Below the pieces are notes generated by a model that did no database searches, was not told the DNA's origin, and saw only the letters and a list, made by a program, of their open reading frames with translations. From Diplonema japonicum (lineage: Eukaryota; Protista; Euglenozoa: Diplonemea): 64,000 nucleotides of DNA. The stretch spans positions 1-64,000 of the forward strand of contig OZ025723.1 of NCBI GenBank assembly GCA_964019335.1, written 5' to 3'. Below, one piece after another: positions 21,352 through 32,756 of the stretch (positions are counted from its first letter, which is position 1; every line of letters begins with the position of its first letter). Made by a program: the position numbers and the translations under genes.

Positions 21352-22824
21352 ATGGCAGCAAGCCCCATCGCGAAGGAAGCAGAAGTGCCAATGGAAGCGA
21401 CGGTAAGAGTCATCAACAGGCGCATGCAAGGAGAGTCACTGTACTTTTTCGACTGCTACAGGATGCACAACGGCGAGTGTGAGATGCTTGGTGTCATGGC
21501 GCACAACAACCAAGAGCGCTTCGACACCGACATCCGCCACGTGAAGGTAGGGGACGTCCTGCGGGTCAGCGGTGTCGTCGACACCAAATTCACACAACCT
21601 AAGCCGCCCAGGAAGTTCCTGCTGCGCGTCAGCAACATCAAAGTCGTGGAGCCCTGGCGCAACATGACAGACAGCGAGGACGCTTCTAAAAAATTCACGT
21701 GGAGGATGCCCACTGACCTGAAGACCAGCTCAAAGTGCCGCCCCGTTGCCCTCCTGCAGTGTGTCAGTGCTGTCAACGACCGTCTGTGCTCTTACTTCGA
21801 TAGCACCGCCGCCACCGAGAACTCGAAAGCACGTTTCATTTTCATCTACGACACGCCTGAAGCCCCCAACGCACCTTGGAGACAGCTGATTGCTTGCAAG
21901 ACGCCTGCCGACACCCCCCACTTCCTTCATGGTGCTCTTCAAAAGGTGTTCCCCGTCAACCAGTCGGCGCCCGTTTTATCCTTCGCTGATGCGGTACAAG
22001 TCCTGAAGGCCCACATCGTGCAGCAGGGCACACGACAGTTCAATATTATCACCTACCCCAAGGCATTGGAGGCCCGTGTCCGCAGCGCGCTCCCCATGGA
22101 CACCCTTGCGACAGGAACTGATGACACGTACGAGAACCACTACCTGTGCTATGCAGACGGGCTGTTCTGGCTGGGACTGTCAGAACGCAGGGTGATCATC
22201 CCCTCACCTCTCATGAAGGTCGTGCCATCTGGCGCATATTGGAAACTGAATGAGATCATTGAGAGGTACCTCGGTGTCATGGGCAGAGTGGAGGCCTACA
22301 CGGGTAGAGACTGGGCTATCGACGTGGGAGCGTCTCCCGGTGGGTGGTCCTACAGCTGTGCCAAGGATCTGGGGACGAAAAAGGTGCTTGCAGTGGACCC
22401 TGCTGCGACGATGAGCCCAATGCTCAAGGAGTATGGGCTGCAGGATGTCGGCCTTGGCGACGGCAATATGTTGAAAGCATATGCGTCTGAGAACCCGAAG
22501 ATCTTCCAGCTGCAGGCAAGGGGTGAGCCTGCGCTGCAGGAGCTTGTCATTCCCTCTAAGCTCCCCATCGCTATCTATGTCTGCGATATGAACGTGCCGC
22601 ATGCCCACACCGTCGACCTTGCGCGCTCTGTCTACGACAGTGGCTTGTTCGAGAGACCGGCGCTAGTCGTTCTAACCTTTAAAAACACGCTGCGGTCGAA
22701 GCCTCAGTTCGCAGAGATTACCAGTGCCTCTGTCGAGTCCCTCTCGTGGCTCTCCAACATTAGGGAGATACATCTCTTCGCAAATACACAGCTTGAGACC
22801 ACTATTGTGGGGGAGGTCTTGTGA
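21352..22824 (+). CDS. FtsJ/RlmM-like RNA 2'-O-methyltransferase with an N-terminal OB-fold-like region
   Basis: PSGAYWKLNE, AIDVGASPGGWS, VLAVDPA, VCDMN, LTFK and terminal ET supply the K-D-K-E tetrad. Confidence 0.8.
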   Translation: MAASPIAKEAEVPMEATVRVINRRMQGESLYFFDCYRMHNGECEMLGVMAHNNQERFDTDIRHVKVGDVLRVSGVVDTKFTQPKPPRKFLLRVSNIKVVEPWRNMTDSEDASKKFTWRMPTDLKTSSKCRPVALLQCVSAVNDRLCSYFDSTAATENSKARFIFIYDTPEAPNAPWRQLIACKTPADTPHFLHGALQKVFPVNQSAPVLSFADAVQVLKAHIVQQGTRQFNIITYPKALEARVRSALPMDTLATGTDDTYENHYLCYADGLFWLGLSERRVIIPSPLMKVVPSGAYWKLNEIIERYLGVMGRVEAYTGRDWAIDVGASPGGWSYSCAKDLGTKKVLAVDPAATMSPMLKEYGLQDVGLGDGNMLKAYASENPKIFQLQARGEPALQELVIPSKLPIAIYVCDMNVPHAHTVDLARSVYDSGLFERPALVVLTFKNTLRSKPQFAEITSASVESLSWLSNIREIHLFANTQLETTIVGEVL

Positions 22825-23017
22825 CCGCAACCCACAACGTAGTTATCAGATCATACCACCAGTGGCGCGTGCACCTTGCCAACAGCACCGTGGCCTCTTA
22901 CGTTTAGTATCTTCTTAATTTTTAGGTCCTTTTTTTCCCCATCACCTCATAAAACAGAGTTAATGGAAAGGCGCGTGGTGGTACTGCACCTGTAGATCTC
23001 CGGTCATCCGACAGAAC

Positions 23018-26000
23018 ATGATACGATGCACGGTTTGCATGCTGCTGTTTGCAGTAGCAGAGGGCGCCATAGTGAGCAGATGGGACTTTGACACCAGTGA
23101 CCTCACAGACAGTGGTCCTGCGGGGAACAATGGGAACGGGGGGTACACATTCTCTGGTGACTCAGCTTGCGGGATGTCTCTAAGACTAGTCAACGGTCAA
23201 GCGGGCCCGACCATGGGGCCGAAGCCTGCCAACATGATACCTCTAGGGAACAACCCCTTCACGATGTCGACATATGTTAAGGTGATGACACCCGGTCTGC
23301 GCACACTGTTCCACATTGGTGCTGACGGATCAAATGCGTATCGCAAAGGATTGGCAATGGGGGTGCAAGGCAATCTGAAACTGGCCATTTACTGGCATTC
23401 AGGCAGTCAGTGGACAAATATTGGCCCTACACTCGCATTGAACACCTGGCACTTCATCGTGTTTCAGTTTGATGGGACAAACCTCAGAATCTTTTTGGAC
23501 GAGCTGTTAGTTAAAACGTACCCAATGACATTCAACCTTCAACCGTCTTCGAGCTACGGGACACTCCAGTTGGGTGAGAGGCACCATGGAGGCACACCGC
23601 TCTCGAGGGGTGGTGACTACCTCCTGGACGCAGCAATACTTGGAAACTCTGCCCTGTCGATCAACGAAATACGTGCATATTGCAAAACAGCTGCTCCTCC
23701 AACAGCTGCACCTCCGACTCCAGCACCGCCTACACCTGCGCCACCTACACCTGCACCTCCGACCAACCCCCCTTTGACCCCATTTCCGGATACAGCAGCA
23801 CCGCCAACTCTTGCACCTCCGACACCAGCACCTCCTACCCCCGCACCGCCCACCCCAGCTCCACCAACACTCCCCCCTCTGACACCGTTTCCAGACACAG
23901 CAGCACCACCTACTCCTGCTCCGCCCACCCTTGCACCACCAACACTCCCCCCTCTAACACCGTTTCCAGACACAGCAGCACCACCTACTCCTGCTCCGCC
24001 CACCCCTGCACCTCCAACTCTAGCTCCACCTACCCTTGCTCCTCCCACACTTCCTCCGTTGACTCCGTTCCCAGATACCGCAGCACCACCTACGCTTCCT
24101 CCATTGACTCCGTTCCCTGACACTGCAGCACCACCCACCCCTGCTCCTCCAACTCCGGCACCGCCAACACTCCCTCCCCTTACACCATTTCCAGACACAG
24201 CAGCACCACCAACTCCTGCCCCTCCAACCAACCCGCCTTTGACCCCATTCCCTGACACCACAGCACCACTAACGCAGGCACCTCCCACGCCAGCTCCAGC
24301 TACGCTCCCGCCGTTAACACCATTTCCCGACACTGCAGCACCACTGACACCTGCGCCTCCTACCCTTCCACCCCTGACACCATTTCCAGACACAGCAGCA
24401 CCACCCACCCCTGCGCCCCCTACTCCTGCCCCACCAACTCTCCCACCATTGACTCCGTTCCCTGATACGGCAGCACCACCAACATCTGCCCCTCCAACCA
24501 ATCCACCTCTTACCCCGTTCCCGGACACTGCGGCACCACCAACGCAGGCACCTCCCACGCCTGCTCCAGCTACTCTCACGCCGTTAACACCATTTCCTGA
24601 CACTGCAGCACCACTGACCTCTTCCCCATCCACACTTCCACCGCTGACCCCATTCCCTGATACTGCGGCACCACCGACTCTTGCACCCTCAACTTCTGCC
24701 CCTCCAACCAACCCACCACTTACTCCCTTCCCTGACACGGCGGCACCACCAACACAGGCGCCTCTTACGCCAGCTCCACCCACGCTCCCACCATTGACAC
24801 CCTTTCCTGACACTGCAACACCACTGACACAGGTGCCTCCGACCTCTGTCCCACCCACACTTCCGCCACTTACACCATTCCCTGACACGGCGGCACCTCT
24901 AACCCCTGCACCACTAACAGCAGCACCTCCTACCCAAGCACCCCCCACACTCCCGCCGCTGACTCCATTCCCAGATACGGCAGCACCGACTCCCGGTCCT
25001 GACACCACGACTCCTGACACGTTGGCTCCTGCAACAACTGCACCTTTGACTGTTAGTCCGCCAACTCTGTCCCCCGATACACCGGGCCCGCCGACAAAGG
25101 CGCCTGTGACTCAGGCACCTGAAACTCTAGTGCCGCCTACAGCAAGTCCCACACAGCCTCCACTCACAGTTGCACCAGTAACAGTTGCACCTATGACTCT
25201 CGCCCCGCCCACACTCCCGCCGTTGACACCTAACCCTGGCACTGCAGCACCAGATACCCCGGCGCCTCCCACACCTACCCCACCAACTGTAGCCCCTTTG
25301 ACACCTGCGCCCGACACACTCGCACCAGTTACAGCCACTCCAACACAGTCCCCTGCTACCTTGGCCCCCGTGACCATAACCCCAGCCACATTCCCTCCTG
25401 GTATACCCGTCACAAGTATCCCTGCAACACAAGCACCTGCTACTTTTCCTCCCGGCATTCCAGCTACTGATGTCCCTGCGACACAACCTCCAGCCACCTT
25501 TCCTCCTGGTGTCCCTGCGACAAATGTTCCTGCAACGCAAGCACCGTCTACCTTCCCCCCCGGTGTCCCTTCAACTGATGTTCCTCCCACACAATCCCCA
25601 GCTACCTTTCCCCCCGGTGTCCCTGCAACTGATGTCCCTCCAACACTGGCCCCACCTACGTTTCCCCCAGGTTTGCCCGCGACCGATGTTCCCTCAACGC
25701 AGGCACCCGTCACTTTTCCTCCTGGCGTACCTTTAACTAGCGTCCCAACGCTCGCGCCAGCTACCTTCCCTGGTATTCCAGTGACAAATGTCCCTGTGAC
25801 AGACGCACCACCTACGCAAACACCAGTGACTTCTGCACCACCTACTCAGCCTCCCACAACACTAACTCCGTCAACTATGATGCCCGGTGCACTACCAACT
25901 TTCGCGCCGGCGACACTTGTACCAGCTGGTCCCACATTCATCCCAGCGACACCTGCCCCCGCTAGCCCCACGTTCGTCCCGCAGACCGCTCAGCCGAGCA

Positions 26001-28595
26001 CACCGACACCTGGATCGGGTTCAACCACAACCGGTGCACCTATGACTTTTGTACCACCCGGGCACTCTATGCCAACCCCCATGCCGCCGACAACAGCGCC
26101 CCTCCCACCTGGGCAGACATTTGCCCCTACAGCGGTCCCTCCTGTACCCATACCGACGAGCGTGGTTCCGATCAAAGTCGAAGGCTCAGTCGACTCTCTG
26201 CAGATCCAGAGCGGGGGATCGGAAGTTGTCCTGAAAATTTCCCAGGGCGGGGGTCTGAAGTGGCCTGATGGCTTCCTGCCAACAGCACTACGCTACCCTG
26301 GCGGAGAGGTTCTGTTTGACGTCAACGCCACAGAGGCCCAGCGGTGCGGTGGGGGGCCTTGCATGGTCGTGGTATGTACTTCGTCCTTGCACAAAGTACA
26401 CATTTCAGGAAACTCTAACGCCGCCTTCGAGTTCCGGTTACGGATTGGCAGCAACAGCTGAGAAAAACAGTGCCTTCATCAGCACAACAGTATGCACCGA
26501 TTATGAAGCAACACAACAGGTCGTCTCGGAAACTGAAGTGCGCATTCTGATCCAAGATCGAGACTTCAGGGCCTACTCTGGCTACAGTGAAGATATCACG
26601 TTCACCATCACAGACTCTTCATTTGCCACAGGGTCAGCAGAGGCAGTTTGCAGAAGCAGCAGCGAGGCGTCTCAGGAGTACATGACATGCCAGTGCAATA
26701 CCACGAAAGGCCAAAGTGGGTGCAACAAGGCCATGAGGCTGACACCCCAGCAAAGAACCTTCCCAAACGATGACGAGCTCACGACGAGCACAACCACGGC
26801 AGCAGCAGTGGTGGCAGTTCTGGGCGTCATGATCCCTGTAACCTCTCCTTCCACAGGGAGTAGTTTATCCAGAGTGTCGATCCTTTCAAGGACTTCAATC
26901 TGTCCAAGTGAAGGGAAAATGGAGTTGGACAGGTCTCTGAATCCGTCGGGTCTAGAACTGGGTAGCGGTGACTACGTGCAAGTAAACGGTGCAGTAGTGG
27001 CCTCGATCCTCGTGCAAGTGGGGCTCATTATCGTCTCTCTCATAACGGCGTCAATAATGTATAGACAGATGGACGCACGTCGCGTGACACAGAGGACAGG
27101 CTTCACGTCGCTGCGCCGCAGTAGGGACGACGTCAAGTCGAAGAGCATTGTGCGCATCGTGCGGCACGGGCTGTCGAAGCATGACAGGACGTACTTGGCA
27201 GCGCGTGCACGCTTTGGATGGATCCTTCTGCCTGCAACTTTTCTCTACGGCGGGGCAATGCTCTCATGCATCACAGCTATTTTGTATTCGTCAAGGTTCT
27301 TCAAAGTAATCGCTGCCTTTGACTTAGTTATATTTGGGGCAGGCCTGCCCTACTTCACCTACCGCACGGCTGTGAAGTGTGTAAACCATTCGGATGTGCA
27401 TGAAGTGGAAGGCAACGACGAGCGGTCGCTGTGGCTCAAGACGTGGTGGGGCACGAGTGAATGGGTACAGGGCGAAGGCGTCATCGATGGTGCGTGGGTG
27501 GAGCTCCACAGACTGTTCTACGACGGGTACCACAGGAAGGCACGTTTCTTCATGACCACAGAGTTCCTGATGACGTTCGTCGTGAGCTGCCTCGGCGCGT
27601 GGGAGCCCACTACAATAGGCCAGTGCTGGATACGTGGGGGGCTTACCACCTTCGTAACGGTCTGCTACCTGTTGTACATGGTGTGGCTGCGACCGTACCT
27701 CGCTCCTTATGAGAATGTGCTTGAAATCGCATTTGTTGCAACGGAGGTTGTGATGCTGGTCCTGATCCTGATCGGGATGGGGGAGTACCGCCCCACAGAA
27801 CACTGGAGTGTGTACTATGCAGGGCAGCTGGCGTTCTACCTTGTCTGGTGTATTTTGCTGAAGGCGATCACAGACGGGTGCATTTTTGTGATCGACGAGT
27901 ACGCAGGGTGGAAGGACAAGAAGAGGCCGCAGGGATTCCTGCGACACTTGCTGTGCTGCGGTAACAACATACAAGGCGACACGCTTGACGAACATGTGCT
28001 GCGGCGGTTCCACGACCTGCAAGAAGAGCTTGAGATGGACGACGCAGAGTACGCAACGTACAGAGAGAGAACAAGCGAGGGGGGCACACCGGAGGCAAAC
28101 AACCCAGGGAGCAATGCAGGGAGCAACCCAGGAAGCAACGCAGGAAGCAACGCGGGAAGCAGAAGTAACTCATCGTCGTTGACAGCATCACTCATGCGCA
28201 ACGAGAGTGTTTATGCTGACATCTCGCACGCAGAGGTCCCATTCAACAGGACAGTGTCCACCTTCGGTAGGGGCGGCAGCACAATGCCCGTCACCCTTAC
28301 CGAGGGTGGGGTCTATGAGTACTCATCGCCTGTTACTGTAGAAGCACCTGTACCACCCTCTGCGTCATTGGGAGGTTTCCCCTCTTCCTTTGGTAGTGCT
28401 TTGGGGCCTGCCTTGGGGCGTGCTCGCCGCACTAACCCCATGCGTCCTCGGTCACGGTCAAATATGTCGCACCTTTCAAACTCAAGCGAAAGGCCGCCGT
28501 CGCCACCTCGGAGGAGGCCTTCACCTGCACCTTCTTCAATGTCGTCATCGCCGCCTTCACCTAGGCCCCTGGGTTTGACCTTCGTGGCAACGTAG
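23018..28595 (+). CDS. Large surface protein: signal peptide, LamG/ConA-like domain, Pro/Thr mucin stalk, multi-pass TM region (intron 26372-26408)
   Basis: NTWHFIVFQFDGTNLRIFLD (LamG_3-like). Removing the 37-nt GTATGT...TTTCAG intron fuses ORFs 23018-26461 and 26268-28595 in frame (CMVV|ETLTPP). Confidence 0.85.
23687..26170 (+). repeat. Coding Pro/Thr repeats: about 17x PPLTPFPDT with PPTPA pentamers, then PATFPPG(V/I)PATDV-type units
   Basis: Visible in the translation. Synonymous positions vary between units. Confidence 0.95.
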
Positions 28596-29462
28596 GCCTT
28601 GTGCCTCGTGCGCTGTATCAACATATCTTATTGTTTGTTTCGGGTTCGTTTCAGGTTTTTGGTACCATCATCACCCCTTCTTGTGGTACTGTCACTATGA
28701 TGCCCTTTGAGGGATGTTGTAACCACAATAATAAGGAAAGAAAAGAAGAAAAGGGGGGAAAAAAAAAGCATAGTCTTTTTTTTTTATATAAAAATATTCT
28801 TCTATTTTTAAAATACTATCTAAAACGGAAAAAAAAATCTTTTTTTTTTCAATTGCACGAACCCTCGTGTGCATCCCTTATATCCCACATTCTTGTACCC
28901 TTTCCCCTCCCTTTTTTGCACGATTGCACGCTTAACGCCACCTAGTGTTGCAATTAAAGCCCCATTTTTTTTTCTGTTTGCGATCTCTCCTTTTTTTCTT
29001 TCCGCCCTTTTTTTATATTTCTTGTAACAACAAAGTAGAGTGCGCCTGTTCGCTGCCCCTGTGCAATGGGGTACCGTGTGGAGGGGCTAAACATTAGGAA
29101 AGTAAAGGACCCCCCCCCCCCCCCCCCCCCCTTGAGTAGAAATGATTCTGTTTATTTTGCTTTTGTACTTCTGATTTTTGCAACTGAAAAAACACCGCTT
29201 TTCTTTTCTTTTTTTTAATAAATCCCCCTTCTTCCCCCCCCCCCTTTTTTTTGCAGGTGTCTTTTCTTCTCTTCGTGCGCAAAACTTTAAGAAAGTAGAA
29301 CTCTTATCAGAATCATCCCCTTTTTTTTATTTTACTTTTTTCTTCTTTCTCCAACGCCGTGTCATTACTCACAGGCCGCTGATAGGAGTGTGAATACGGT
29401 CCCATAATGGATCCAGTCACACCTTCTTTCTCCCCCCTTTTTTTTCCCCTCTTTTTCAATAC

Positions 29463-29522
<60 letters not shown>

Positions 29523-30486
29523 TTTCCTTTAGTCTTACAAACGTTTATCCTACAAGAGCGCATTAAAGAGGGGGGGAAACATTGAAGGTGGGGTGGATTC
29601 CAGCCATCCTGTCCATTAAAAAAAAAGAGAGAAAAGGTTAATCGATAGGAAACGTCTTTCAACGGTCCTATTCAAAAACAATTTTTTTTTTGCTCTTTCT
29701 TCCCCTTTTTAAATCTTGTGTCTTGCAGTGTACGTTTCTTCTTTTTTTTTCTTCTTTGTTGGAACAAGCTTAAATTGTTTTTGCAAAAAAAGATTTTTTA
29801 AAAAAAAAAATATGAGTAGAGGCAGCTTGTCCGTCCATCCCTACTTATTGGCTTGCAAACCAACCCCCCCCCCCCCCCCCCCCCACGTTTCAGTTGTTCG
29901 TCCCCCTTCCGTTCCTCTTCTCTGCTATGAGTGCTAATTCATGTTTTTGGCTCTTTCCTTAACCCAAGTTCCAAATTTTACTGAAGAAGTTCCTTTGGGA
30001 GAGAAAAAAAAAGGGGGTACGAAACAAAAAAAAAACCCCTGCTTGTTCCACCTCCCTCCCTTCTATTACTTCCTCCAGGCCATCTATCTTAGCTCTGGTT
30101 GGTGCCATGGCTACACTTACTATTGTGAATGAGATACGCCATTCAGGCGGGGCGCATGTTGCTAAGTTCTTCTTTTTTTTTTGTGGTGAACAGAAACAAG
30201 TTATCAAAAAGAATGTTGTGCGGCGCCACGCGTTACAAATAATTCTCATTGGGAAAAAAGTTTGCAACCATTGCGCATAAATAAAGTGAAAAAAAAAAAA
30301 AAAGAAGGTGCAATACCTTTCCTCCTTAACAGATATTAAGAGAAAAAAAAAAATCATTATCCTTTTCACCGACCCTTCGCTGCTTCCCCTTTTGCTTTCG
30401 TTCGGTCCTATTGGTTCGTTGTCCTTCCTTCATATTGTATTTCTATATATTATTAGTGTTGTGTAACAAAGCCCACCGCAGGCACG

Positions 30487-30885
30487 ATGGCTGAGTCAAG
30501 GGAAGAGGCGATGATGCACGCCATGGATGCATATGACGAAGCAGAGAAGGAGCAGATCCACCTCAATGGGCTCTGCAAGAAGGGTCTGGTGGAAGTGATG
30601 CAGGCGAAGATGCGACTAGAGCAGACGGAGGCGCGTGAGCTGCACCCCGAAGACTACCCTGAGGCAGCAGAGGCAAAAGTAAAAATAACATACCGCAAAG
30701 GAAAGCTTGACCTCATGCAGGCTGCCAAGGTCACCGACCCCTCCACCTACTTCAGCAGGTCCCCTGACGGCCTTGCTTCTGTCCAGAGTGCGTACGTCGA
30801 AGTCCTGCAGTCCGCCTTGCGGCTCAGCGAGAAGCGGCAAACATTGAAAGAACTGGCAGAACAGTATAAAAAACTGAGAGGGTAA
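30487..30885 (+). CDS. Vma22/CCDC115-like V-ATPase assembly factor
   Basis: 132 aa. N-terminal helix with G-x-x-x-[VL]-x-x-A-K, and DPSTYFSRSPDGLASVQSAY resembling the DPLxWFGxxPxSLRxAQxxF motif. Confidence 0.55.
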   Translation: MAESREEAMMHAMDAYDEAEKEQIHLNGLCKKGLVEVMQAKMRLEQTEARELHPEDYPEAAEAKVKITYRKGKLDLMQAAKVTDPSTYFSRSPDGLASVQSAYVEVLQSALRLSEKRQTLKELAEQYKKLRG

Positions 30886-31035
30886 AGACAGAAGGTGAGA
30901 TGGGATGGGATGGGTGGGGTGCACAGGAAAAATGAGAAGCCACCTACCTAGCCTCTCTTGCTGCACACTTATGTTTCTTTCAATCTAAAAACCACGCCAC
31001 ACGATCCACCATATCACACCACACAGGCATCAAGG

Positions 31036-32484
31036 ATGGCGGGGTTTAGTGCGGGGCTGAAGCTCACGGGTGTTGATGACTTCATCACCCCCTCCCAGGC
31101 ATGCGTGCTGCCGTTGATGGGAGAGAACGAAGGAGCTAACGAGGTGATGCGGCACAAAAAGGAAGCCAAGGGGAAGGACGAGAAGGTAAAGCTAGACCTG
31201 GCGGACTGCTTGGCTTGTTCCGGGTGCGTCACCACGGCCGAGACCATTCTCATGGAAGAACAGTCACTGGGGAAGATCCTGGAGGAAGTGGGGAAGAAGG
31301 GTGATAGGAAGTTTGTCGTGACGCTTTCCCCGCAAGCCATCGCCTCTGTGGGTGCTCACTTCGGGAGCAATGCCGTCGAAGCCTATTCACGGCTAGTTAC
31401 CTTCTTCAAAAAACACCTAAATTTTGATATTGTGATGGACCTCATCTGGGCACAGGCTGTCTCCGTCACCGAAACTACGACAGAGGCCCTCGCCCGCCTC
31501 GGGTCACGCACAGAACTTCCGCTTATCACATCTGCGTGCCCGGGTCTCGTTTGCTATGCAGAAAAGAAGGAGCGCAAACTTCTCCAACACCTTTCCTCCT
31601 CCCAGTCAGCACAGGCCATTGCAGGCAAGGTACTCAAAACCTACTTTGCCAAACAGTGGGCCCTCACACCTGGTGAGATCTACCACATATCAGTGCAGCC
31701 CTGCTATGACAAGAAGTTGGAGGCGACGCGCAAGGAGCTTAGGGAACAGTCGGAAGACGGTGCGCGCTACACAGACATGGTCATTGCCTCACACGAGGTC
31801 ATCGACCTCATGAAGGAGGTGAAGGTGGCATGGGAGGACCTTGCACCGAGCAACCCTACATGGTCGTCACTCGTGGGTGGCGAGATCATGAAACTGGTGC
31901 CCTCAGGGGGGAAGGACCCCTTCTTGGAAGGCTCAGGGGGGTACGCAGCAATAGCGATGATGGAGGTGGCAAAGGTACACGGAGTGGAGCTGTGCGTGGA
32001 CGACGTGCACAGCGGGGGCAAGGGTGAGAACTGGGAGGTGGTTCATAACAAGAAGAGACCCAACTTTACAGAAATGACGCTAAAAGTGAAGGGGGCGCCT
32101 GTATTCAAGGCAGCTCTGGCCTACGGTTTCAAGCACATCAGCAACCTTGTGAGGGTCACGCGTCTGAAGCCTGCCAATTTCACCAACTACGACTACATCG
32201 AGTTAATGGCATGTCCGGAAGGCTGCGTCAACGGCGGCGGGCAGATCAAGCCTGCGGGGGACGAGAAGAACGCAGACCTGGTGCAACGAGTGCGCCACTT
32301 GTGCCATTCCCTGTTGCATTCACACCCCTCAGACATCTCTGAGGTACTCACCATTAACTCCCTCTATGATTACGTTGGCTCCTCGCCAGGGTCGCAGCCT
32401 GCTAAGGAGTACCTCCACACCACCTACAACGACCTCAACCCCAAAGAAGGTGCACAGCCTTCGCTCACCACGATGTCTTGGTAG
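31036..32484 (+). CDS. NAR1: Cytosolic Fe-S assembly factor Nar1/CIAO3 (iron-only hydrogenase-like)
   Basis: DDFITPSQAC, LADCLACSGCVTTAE, TSACPG, PCYDKKLEA, YGFKHI and ELMACPEGCVNGGGQ. Confidence 0.95.
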   Translation: MAGFSAGLKLTGVDDFITPSQACVLPLMGENEGANEVMRHKKEAKGKDEKVKLDLADCLACSGCVTTAETILMEEQSLGKILEEVGKKGDRKFVVTLSPQAIASVGAHFGSNAVEAYSRLVTFFKKHLNFDIVMDLIWAQAVSVTETTTEALARLGSRTELPLITSACPGLVCYAEKKERKLLQHLSSSQSAQAIAGKVLKTYFAKQWALTPGEIYHISVQPCYDKKLEATRKELREQSEDGARYTDMVIASHEVIDLMKEVKVAWEDLAPSNPTWSSLVGGEIMKLVPSGGKDPFLEGSGGYAAIAMMEVAKVHGVELCVDDVHSGGKGENWEVVHNKKRPNFTEMTLKVKGAPVFKAALAYGFKHISNLVRVTRLKPANFTNYDYIELMACPEGCVNGGGQIKPAGDEKNADLVQRVRHLCHSLLHSHPSDISEVLTINSLYDYVGSSPGSQPAKEYLHTTYNDLNPKEGAQPSLTTMSW

Positions 32485-32574
32485 CGGACAGACCTCACGT
32501 TCCCCCTTGAACTACTGAAGAGAGCGTGAAGGTGTTCCTCCCTTATTGTTACGAAGAATAAAGCGAAAAAAAAT

Positions 32575-32614
<40 letters not shown>

Positions 32615-32756
32615 GCGAGTACTAGTTGCGCAACCTTAGGAAAAAGAAAGAAGAAAAAGTCACCCAGTGGTCCGCTTTTTTTTCCTGGCCACCAGCAGTC
32701 CCTGACTCTATTGCATTAGATCCCTTGCTCACAATGCCTACAGGAAAGAGGGTAGG

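Noticed and set aside
23617-25713. Long Gly/Val/Ala-rich minus-strand ORFs
   Set aside because: Antisense shadows of the Pro/Thr coding repeats.
28935-28947. CTCF-like motif (reverse complement CACTAGGTGGCG)
   Set aside because: CTCF is bilaterian. The match is part of a dispersed repeat and probably coincidental.
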